Below, one piece after another: positions 54,514-64,000 of a DNA stretch of 64,000 nucleotides. The stretch comes from Octopus sinensis (taxonomy: Eukaryota): NCBI RefSeq assembly GCF_006345805.1, contig NC_043007.1:11966001-12030000 (forward strand). Reading direction: 5' to 3'. The position numbers and the translations under genes are program-made. Within the stretch, counting starts at the first letter, position 1, and every line of letters begins with the position of its first letter. A model generated the notes under the pieces. That model made no database searches. It was not told where the DNA came from and saw only the letters and a program-made list of their open reading frames with translations.

Positions 54514-54903
54514 TCTTTATATATAAAACTGAAGTTGTGTGAGAGTCTGTCTCCTCCGATTTCGATTCCTAACTACTCCCACATTTTGCGGTGCAGTGTA
54601 ACCAAAACCGGGTATCTTATAGTCGTGATTAATATCGAGCCCTTCTGTGTGCGTCTATGATGAGTCTATGATTTAAAAAAATTTACCATCATTTTTTCCC
54701 ATTTTTTAATGCATTTTTTTGCTATTATATAAGGGAAGTAACTCTCTAAAAATGTATTATTAAATCTCAGAACGTAAAAAGCTACAGTAACACCCCACTT
54801 TGTGGTTAGCCATATTGAGATGGCTATTATACTTTACATCTCTAAAAATGCTTATATAGTTATTTCCTTTACAAACCCGAGCAATGCCAGGCGATACTGC
54901 TAG
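54514..54903 (+). mobile_element. Non-autonomous Helitron-like element
   Basis: 5' end A|TCTTTATATATAAAACT, subterminal GC hairpin-like CCCGAGCAATGCCAGG and 3' end ACTGCTAG|T. Termini match those of 7783-8448. Confidence 0.7.
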
Positions 54904-55449
54904 TCCATTCATAAGGTAATTTTGCTTGATCCAGGGCCATAGTAGAAGACACATATCCAAGGTGTCACATGGTGAAATTGAACCCAAGAATACATAACTG
55001 CAAAACAAGCTTTGTAACCACATAGCCATACCTGAACAAACAACAAAATTTTTTTTTTAATTATAAATATTCGATCCTGGTATGTGATTGAAACTTCTAT
55101 TAATTATAATTTTTAGTTAATTAAAGAGGCTAAAGTTGAGTCTTTGGCTCATTAATGTGTCGGTTTCGTCTGATAACAATTTTAGTGTTGATATAAGCAA
55201 GACAAACTTTTCAGAATTCTTTGCAATTTATAACCTTGTAATAGTTTCATTTGTGACTAAATGCCGTTAATTAATCTTGTATAAGCTCATCCATTATAGA
55301 ATTGTCTAATTAACTCATATGTTAATAATTAAGTAATTAAATTATTACTAGTTTATTGTTCAGGAAAGAGAAGAAAAAAAAACAAAACAAAAATGTTGAA
55401 CAGAGAGAAAGTATATGAACGATCACCATCATTATTGTTATTGATATGG

Positions 55450-56280
55450 TAATGTGGTGGTGGTGGTGGTGGTAGTGTAGGTGGTGGTGGTGGTGGTGGT
55501 GGTGGTGGTGGTGGTGGTGGTGGTGGGTGGTGGTGGTGGTGGTGGTGGTGGTAGTGTAGGTGTGGTGGTGGTGGTGGTGGTGGTGGTGGTAGTGTAGGTG
55601 GTGTTGGTGGTGGTGGTGGTGGTGGTGGTGGTGGTGGTGGTGGTGGTGGTGGTGGTGATGTTGGTGGTAGTGGTTGTGGTGGTGGTGATGGTTGTGGTGG
55701 TAGTGGTAGCAGCAGTGGTGGTGGTAGTAATTGTAGTGGTTGAGGTGGTGGTGGTGGTGGTAGTAGTTGTAGTGGTTGAGGTGGTGGTGGTAGTAGTTGT
55801 AGTTGTAGAGGTGGTGGTGGTGGTAGTAGTTGTAGTGGTTGAGGTGGTGGTGACGGTAGTAGTTGTAGCGGTGGTGGTGGTGGTGGTGGTAGTGGTAGTG
55901 GTAGAGCTAGCAGCAGCAGCAGCAGTGAAGTGTGTGCTGTTGTTGCTGCTCATAATGATGATAGTGGTGATGGTGGTAATGGTGAAGGAGGACTGCTTGT
56001 GAGGCAATGCTTACAGTGGTGGTGGTAGTGGTGGTGGTGGTGGTGGTTGGTGTGTGTTGGTGGTGGCATGTGGTGTTGAAGGTGATAGTAAAAATGTTGC
56101 TGTTGTTGTTGGTGGTGATAGTGATGGTGATGGTGATAGTGGTGGTGATGGTGTTGGTGATGGTGATAGTGGTGGTGATGGTGATAGTAGTGGTGATGGT
56201 GGTGGTGATGGTGATAGTGGTGGTGATGGTGATAGTGGTGGTGATGGTGGTGCTGATGGTGGTGGTGCTGCTGCTGTCGA
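55450..56280. repeat. Compound (GGT)n/(GTA)n microsatellite
   Basis: Direct inspection of the sequence. Confidence 0.9.
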
Positions 56281-57089
56281 TTGTTGTGATGCACAGATTG
56301 CTATTTTAATTCTGCTGCTGTAGCACATAACAAATTTATATTCAGTCAGATGGGTAACTAAAATGCAAGTGATTGTTCAGTCACTGTTCTTTCTATGTCA
56401 GTAGCAATGGTCTTAGCATATGGTTTGCAGTGAGTACAGGGCACTGACGAAGTGCAATGAAGCAGAAATGCATTTCTAACATTCTTACTACAGCTGCCAG
56501 ATGATTTACATCTGCTACTGGTATATTTGCGGATTTTAACACAGCACGTCCATAAGAGATATTATCTCTGGGCGAATACCACAGTAAATTTGTGTGTGTG
56601 TTAGTGTGTGTATCTTGACATCATGTGATACTTGTAAATTAGAATCTCTGTCATTCAAGAGTTGCCATTCATTGCTGCAGAGACATAAGGAGATATTACC
56701 TTGCTTGGAAACGTGTGGGTTGCCTCAAACTACTTTGTTTGACCCATGCAAGCATGAAAAATTGAATGTTAAAACGATGATGATTATGATGATGATGATG
56801 TTGATTACAGAGTAATTATATACAATGATCTTTTTAACGAGCATACTTTCAGTTCATTTAGCAAACATTTCTCGCCAGTCAAGGAAACTCTGAAAAATCA
56901 TTTAATTAGCTTGAAACAGGCTTGGGCATCTTTTTTGTTGCTTCCATAGTGACTTCTTATCCTCAGAGCTGGCTGATCCTGAATCAGGTCTATTCAGGCA
57001 CTCCCAATCCATTCACCTCTTCTTCTTTCATTACCTATACTGTGTTCAACACCCTCAACCCATATAATGACCTATACACTGCTGTAACA

Positions 57090-57510
57090 AGGCGGCGAGC
57101 TGGCAGAAGAATCATTAGCACGCCGGGTGAAATGCTTAGCTGTATTTTGTCTGCAACTACATTCTGAGTTCAAATTCCACCAAGGTTGACTTTGCCTTTC
57201 ATCCTTTCAGAGTCGATTAAATAAGTACCATTTATGCACTGGGGGTGATATAATCGACTTAATCCGTTTGTCTGTCCTTGTTTGTCCTCTCTGTGTTTAG
57301 CCCCTTGTGGGTAATAAAGAAATAGGTATTTCATCTGCTGTTATGTTCTGAGTTCAAATTCCGCTGAGGTCAACTTTGCCTTTCATCCTTTCGGGGTCGA
57401 TAAATGAAGTACCTGTTACACACTGGGGCCGATGTAATCGACTTAATCCCGTTGTCTGTCCTTGTTTGTCCCCTCTATGTTTAGCCCCTTGTGGGCAGTA
57501 AAGAAATAAG
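57090..57510 (+). mobile_element. SINE family B with tandem duplication of its 3' ~180 bp
   Basis: TTCTGAGTTCAAATTCC...TTTAGCCCCTTGTGGG..TAAAGAAATA occurs twice in tandem. Confidence 0.8.
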
Positions 57511-58195
57511 TAACATAGCTAGTGTACCCACCCAACCCATCTTCCAGTAGAACTGATACAGGCTTACATCGCAAACCCCAAATTGCCACTCACATAAAAG
57601 CTCCACTCCAGATGGACTCCCCACTCACCCCAACTTCCAGCTATGTTCTTGAGATGCTGAGTCCTTTCTCTTCAAAACATCGTCCCTCTGGAATTCCCAC
57701 CATCATCCATATATTTCTACAGCTGTCAGGTCACTACTGCCCAAAAGGGACTTTAAGGCTATGTCTGCCCATATAATCAGCAGCGACTTGTTCAGTGAAT
57801 CCTCTGTGATGGCCGACACTCGATGGCAAGATGATCTGCTATGGATCACGCTATCCCAAAGTGTGTATGCATGTGACTGAGGACCACCTGTGAACTTTAC
57901 TCCCATTGGAACTCTGAACATGAACTCTACACCTCAACAATAAATGATGACCATGGCTGTGGTATCTGCACTGTCCAACACAATTGCTCACCCAGTGGAT
58001 CATTTGTCAAATTTGCATGCTGGATATTTGGCTCACAGGCAGAAGCATTACCTTGCTTGCTGGGACGTTAGGGTTGACCATTGGATGTGGCCAGCATTCA
58101 TGAGGACATAGTGAACTCATTGGTCAGAGCCATGTCTAGTAAGTTCACTGTCATCAATTCCCCACCATCATCAATTCATCATTATTTTTTTAAAT

Positions 58196-58615
58196 AGGTG
58201 TAGGAGTGGCTGTGTGCTAAGTAGCTTGCTTACAAACTACATGGTTCCGTGTTCAGTCCCACTGTGTGGAACCTTGGGCAAGTGTCTTCTACTATAGCCA
58301 CAGGCCGACCAAAGCCTTGTGAGTGGATTCGGTAGACAGAAACTGAAAGAAGCTCGTCATATATATGTATATATATGTATGTGTGTGTATATGTTTGTGT
58401 GTCTGTGTTTGTCCCCCCCCCCCCCAACATCGCTTGACAACTGATGCTGGTGTGTTTACATCCCCGTAACTTAGCGGTTCAGCAAAAGAGACCGATAGAA
58501 AAGTACCAGGCTTACAAAGAATAAGTCCTGAGGTCGATTTGATCAACTAAAGGCAGTACTCCAGCGTGGCCACAATCAAATGACTGAAGCAAGTAAAGGA
58601 GTAAAAGAGTAAAAT
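58196..58615 (+). mobile_element. SINE family A
   Basis: Full head-to-tail match to family A. Confidence 0.85.
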
Positions 58616-58712
58616 AGTAACTATGAATGGTTAGATACTATGGGTATATTTACTTGGTAAACTTTTCTCACAGTGAACTTTCCTCATGGTGAATTGATGG
58701 TGTTGAACTTAC

Positions 58713-58867
58713 CTGTAATCAGTCAGAGCTGGCTCAACCCTCTCCAGGTGAATGCCACCACAAGCACAAAAAATAAGTAAAGTAAGAGGTACTTTAGATG
58801 CATCAATCTCACCAGTTTTAGGTGTCCTTTGAAGGCCGTGGACACAGGCCCTTCCCTCCAGATAAAA
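58713..58867 (-). other. Candidate isolated exon (155 nt), unverified
   Basis: Acceptor TTTTTATATCAG, donor CAG|GTAAGT and one open frame (FYLEGRACVHG...PALTDY) in non-repeat DNA. No recognisable homology. Confidence 0.25.
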
Positions 58868-60154
58868 CTGATATAAAAATGTGGAGTGCAAACCATAATT
58901 TCAATTCTCTCCCTCGTCTCACTTGAGGAGACTTGAAAATTATCAGAAACAGTAACTTTACAATGCTACAACTGCATCATACAGCAATACAATTTAACGT
59001 TTAAGTTATGAGTCAATCTATGTGTGTGTGTTTCATACATTTTCCAATACACACGGCTAATGGAGTAATGATTGATGAAATAGTTTCCATGAAGTCGAAG
59101 AAACTGGATCTATGGTTACTGAATAGAGAAAAAAAAGCATTATTAACAGCGCTTCTGGAGAAAGGAGTAAATTTTAACTGATGTGAAGAACTGATAAGAA
59201 GCAACTTTCTTATCAATCATTGCACTAAAATATACAACTGCCTTCTCTGATACAGATCAAAATGATTTACAATGAAATTCAACAGCATAAAGCAGATATA
59301 TTTATTAAAACACAAACATAAAATCTGTTCAGAATAGTAGAAGCCAGTAATATTTATGTTTATTGATTTCTAAAAAGTATTCAGTTTGTAGAAAGATGGG
59401 CAATTTTCTGAACCTTATAACTTAGTGATTTTGTGAATGCTGAAAGGAATACTATATGTGTAAGATCAAGCTGGTGGATGGCGTATTGATATATGGCAAA
59501 GCTAGGGAAAATGTTCACGTGAATAAAGGATTTTCCATAGAAAAGTCATTTATATTCCCCCATAAGAGTGGTAATCTTTTACTCTGAAAACAAAACAATG
59601 AAAATAATGACTTCTAAATTTGGCACAAGACCACACAATTTAGAAGAGGCAAAATTGATTTGATTCCAGGATTTGACTTGTTACTCATTGTTTATCGGCC
59701 ATGGAAGGATGAAAGAGAAAGTCAACACTACTGGATTTTGAAACTGGAAGATAACAGGACCAAACTTGCTACCACCCGGCATTCGATCCAAAAAAAAAAA
59801 CTGTTTCTGCAACCCATCACCTTCTGGTATTAAAAATGAGCCAAAGAAGAAACATCTAATGATTTTAATGAGTTTAGTAAAATATCAGTATATTTGCTTT
59901 TTATCTTTTACTTGTTTCTGTTACTGGACTGCAGCCATACTGGAGCACTGCCTAGGATGGTTTAGTTTATTTTTTCAAAGCCTGGTACTTATTCTATTAA
60001 TCTTTTTTGCTGAACTGCTAAGTTACAGTGATGGGGATTTAAACAAAACAACACCAGTTATCAAGCAATGGTTGGGACAAGCACAAACACAAATATACAT
60101 ACACACACACACACACAAACACACACTCACATACATATACATATACATATAAAG

Positions 60155-60550
60155 AAGCACTCTGTCGGTTACCACAATGAGTGTTACAGTTGATCTGATC
60201 AACGAAACAGCCTGCTCGTAAAATTAACATGCAAGTGGCTGAGCACTCCACAGACACGTGTATCCTTTCACATAGTTCTTGGGGATATTCAGTGTAACAC
60301 AAAGTGTGACAAGGCTGGCTCTTTGAAATACAAGTACAATAGAAACAGGAAGAAAGAGAAAGTTAGAGAAAGCTAGAGAGAATTGTGGTGAAAGAGTACA
60401 GCAGGGTTCACCACCACCCCCTGCTGGGGCCTCGTGGAGCTTTAGGTGTTTTCGCTCAATAAACACTTACAATTCCCAGTCTGGGAATTGAAACCACGAC
60501 CCTAAGACCATGAGTCCTCTGCCCTAACCACTGGGCCATTGCGCCTCCAC
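60155..60550 (-). mobile_element. SINE with family C head and body and a third type of 3' tail
   Basis: Head GTGGAGGCGCAATGGCCCAGTGGTTAGGGC; tail ...GTGTCTGTGGAGTGCTCAGCCACTTGCATGTTAATTT..., also seen at 40120-40230. Confidence 0.75.
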
Positions 60551-60686
60551 ATACATCTATATAAATACATATATATATATATAATTAATCAATATAGGGT
60601 GGCAGAAAAAATTTTGTAGAATTCTTTTTGCCACCAGCGGCCTAGTGGGAAAAAATTAAATAGTCATAGACCATTTTTAAGTTCAC

Positions 60687-61050
60687 ATCAACAATCAAGG
60701 AACGGCCATGATAGGCCATTCACCCACTAGAAATAACAGCCAAAGCTTCAACCGCAAATAAAGATTAATTCCGTAAACAGGAGAAAATTTAAAAAACATT
60801 TACCCTGTAATTTCTTGTACGATGCACCGTTTCATCTGCTGTTTAATGGTAAACTACCTGATTTAATTTAATTTAATCAGGTTAGTTTACCATTAAACAG
60901 CAGATGAAACGGTGCATCGTACAGAAATTACAGGGTAAATGTTTTTTAAATTTTCTCCTGTTTACGGAATTAATCTTTATTTGCGGTTGAAGCTTTGGCT
61001 GTTATTTCTAGTGGTGAATGGCCTATCATGGCCGTTCCTTGATTGTTGAT
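60687..61050. repeat. Near-perfect 364-bp palindrome (fold-back)
   Basis: Arms of ~177 bp around a ~11-nt TAATT loop at ~60864-60874. They differ only by three 1-nt indels. Confidence 0.95.
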
Positions 61051-61073
61051 ATATATATATATATATAAACATA

Positions 61074-61125
<52 letters not shown>

Positions 61126-61149
61126 TCTCTGTGTGTGTGTGTGTGTTGG

Positions 61150-61575
61150 ATATGGATAAGGACAGCTGTGTGAAGAAGTGTACACTGTAACAGTGGAAGG
61201 AACTTGTAGAGGAGGTAGACCCAGGAAGACATGGGATGCAGTGATGAAGTACGACCTTTGAACATTGGGCCACACAGAGGCAGTGACAAATGACCGAGAC
61301 CTTTGGAGATAGGCTGTGCTTGAGAAGACCTGTTGAACCAAGTGAAATCGTAGTTGTGGCCAATGCCAGTGCCACCTCATTGGTTCCCATGCTGGTGGCA
61401 TGTGAAAAGCACCCACTATGCTCTCGGAGTGGTTGGCATTAGGAAGAGTATTCAGCTGTAGAAACCTTGTCAAATCATATTGGAGCCTGGTGCAGCCTAC
61501 TGGCTTGCAAGTCCTCAGTCAAACTGTCCAACCCATGCCAGCATAGAAAGCAAACATTAAACAACGATGATGATA
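61150..61575 (+). mobile_element. RTE LINE ORF end contiguous with its 3' UTR repeat and (GAT)n tail
   Basis: TVEGTCRGGRPRKTWDAVMKYDL...NDRDLWR, followed by AAAGCACCCACTATGCTCTCGGAGTGGTTGGCATTAGG...GATGATGAT. Confidence 0.8.
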
Positions 61576-62489
61576 CAGTTCTATATTTAAGGGATGAGGA
61601 ATTATGTACATCGGGCATATGGCATAGCAGTTAAGAGCGGAAGCTACTAATACGTGAAATCGTAGTTATGTTTGTGCTTGTCCCCAGCATTGCTTGACAA
61701 TTTGTGTTGTTTTGTTTAAATCCCCATTACATCATCACCATTGTTCGACCGTGGTCGAGACATAGTCTTTTCAAATGGCTAATAATGTGTGCGCACGCCG
61801 CTACTACACACATTGGAAAGCATTGTACAACCAAGCACTAAAGAACGTCTTTCCTCCTCCATGAAACAAAGCTGTACCCGCTGGACGTCAACCCAGTATT
61901 TCTAAGCTACGGACCGAGTGATTTATTGTAAGGTTATCTCCCTAGACAGATTGCCTTCACTATGGCTAAGGAGCCCTTTCTACCCCACTGTAATTTAGCA
62001 CTTCAGCAAAAAAGACTAATAGAATAAGTACCAGTCTTTAAAAAAAAATGGACAGATTAAATAATGCTGTCCTAGGCATATACATAAAAAGATGGGTAGG
62101 TCAAGTCTAACTTGAGCCGAAGTAACAACAAAAACAAGGAAACTAGTATTTGCTGCTGTCACAATGGAAGTATTGAAGCAATGTTAAGATTAGACATCAT
62201 ATATAATTGAGTGAAAACAGTGAAAGAGTAACAATGCATTAAGTTAAATATTTCTAATGAGCTGTGACTAATGATAGCTAGTAGACAGCTCTAAAGGAAA
62301 GAGTCGTCATTAAAATGCCAATCCTTCATCAGAGAGATGGAGATAATGTCCGTATCAATGAACAGGCAGAGGAAGCTCTTTTATGTTGGAGAACATTTAA
62401 GGAGAAATTGTGACCTGAGATCTCGGTTTCATTGAATAATTAACATGAAGAAGACACTTAGCCTTCCTTTATATCTTTATACCTGTCAA

Positions 62490-62950
62490 ACATGTATATA
62501 CATATACATACATACGCACATATAGGCATACATACATACACACATACATACACACATACAGGCATACATTCATACATGTATACGTACATACATACACACA
62601 TACAGGCATGCATGCATGCATACATACATACATAGACACATACATACATACATACATACACACATACATACACACATACAGGCATACATTCATACATGTA
62701 TACGTACATACATACACACATACAGGCATGCATGCATACATACATACATACATACATACATAGAGGCATACAGGCATACATACATACACACATACAGGCA
62801 TACAAACATGCATACGTACATACATATATACATACATATATACATACATATATACATACATATATACATACATATATACATACATATATACATACATATA
62901 TACATACATACATACATACATGCATTCATACATACATACATACATATATA
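62490..62950. repeat. (TACA)n-derived tract with a 120-bp higher-order duplication
   Basis: TACGTACATACATACACACATACAGGCATGCATGCAT recurs at 62581 and 62701. Confidence 0.85.
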
Positions 62951-63028
62951 ATTCGTGTACATATGTGTAATAACATATTTGTTTATGTTTATACATTATC
63001 ACTTATCTCCATGTTTTATGCTAGAATG

Positions 63029-63069
<41 letters not shown>

Positions 63070-63600
63070 TATATATAGATAGATAGATAGAGAGAGAGAG
63101 AGATATTATATTTATGTTATATTATATACATACACACATGCACGCACTCATATATATCATATTATAACATATTACATTATATCATATTATTATTAACGTT
63201 GACTTCTTTTCCGTTACTTAAAGTTAAAATTCACAATGAATGACAGTCTTTCAGATAAATATCTAAATAAACAAATGGTTGAGCTTATTGTTTATAAGGC
63301 ATCTGAAAAAAATTATTATTTCACTGCAGCATATAACTTATGAGTGATGGAAAAATAGTTGACTTTAAGTATAATGTATAGAGAGAGAGACTACTTATTC
63401 TGCTTAACCTATTCAGTTCTCTTCACTTTCTTTATGACATTACTTTGCTCATATTACTTGTGGGAGTATGTGTATATGTATGTGTGTGTGTATGAGTATT
63501 AATGGAATGACTAGGGAACAGGAATTGTTATTTTGTATATTGAGTTCTAACAGCAGGTTATTAGTATCACTGTCTTAGTGGAATTTTAAGATTTATAATA

Positions 63601-63643
<43 letters not shown>

Positions 63644-63687
63644 ATTATATTTTATAATATATATATATATATGTATTATATTTTATA

Positions 63688-63761
<74 letters not shown>

Positions 63762-63808
63762 TTTTATATATATATATATTATATTTTATAATATATATAT
63801 ATATATTA

Positions 63809-63841
<33 letters not shown>

Positions 63842-64000
63842 ACGGGAAGCTTTATGAAAATAAACAAAATACGAAGGCAGGTAGAATACAAACAAACAAT
63901 TGTATTAGTATGGCGCTCAGGAATATAAATAAAACAAGTCTTTTACGTTTCGAGCCTACGCTCTTCAACAGAAAGATACACAGAAAAGAAACACAGAAAG
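63842..64000 (-). mobile_element. Penelope-like element terminal repeat with minimal hammerhead-like motif (63939-63976)
   Basis: Minus strand reads TCTTT-CTGTTGA-A-GAGC-GTAG-GCTC-GAAA-CG-TA-AAAGA, embedded next to (TA)n. Truncated by the window edge. Confidence 0.55.

Noticed and set aside
55438-56328. Mucin-like poly-Thr/Pro/Val ORFs
   Set aside because: A (GGT)n microsatellite that is open in several frames on both strands.
57520-58160. GC-richer non-SINE segment
   Set aside because: Only a faint KTSSLWNS LINE-terminus resemblance, too decayed to call as gene or element.
60801-60822. TACCCTGTA matches the start of miR-10
   Set aside because: Only 9 nt match, the remainder differs, and the hairpin is far too long and perfect for a pre-miRNA.

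Overview
This is repeat-saturated, AT-rich metazoan genomic DNA, most likely intronic or intergenic. The SINE and LINE repertoire points to a coleoid cephalopod, probably Octopus; this is an inference from recognised repeat families, not a database result. No intact host protein-coding gene, rRNA, true tRNA or CRISPR array can be supported. Almost every supplied ORF is microsatellite translation or decayed transposon sequence. The window contains decayed LINEs (RTE, R4/Dong, L1/Tx1, CR1-group, a Penelope-like end), several tRNA-derived SINE families, mariner/Tc1 relics, TTAA-flanked piggyBac-type MITEs, Helitron- and Helentron-like non-autonomous elements, and long (TA)n, (CAT)n, (AAT)n, (GGT)n and (TACA)n tracts. 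The most notable structures are: four local inverted duplications (a ~2 kb-arm pair at 36-42 kb, a ~360 bp-arm pair at 10-12 kb, a ~95 bp-arm pair at 21.6-22.1 kb, and a near-perfect 364-bp palindrome at 60.7-61.05 kb); a head-to-tail SINE trimer inside one 13-bp target-site duplication; LINE ends that carry the tails of the abundant short repeats; a non-tRNA ~560-bp element always embedded in (AAT)n; and a minimal type I hammerhead-like fold at the window end. Coordinates of decayed repeats are approximate.
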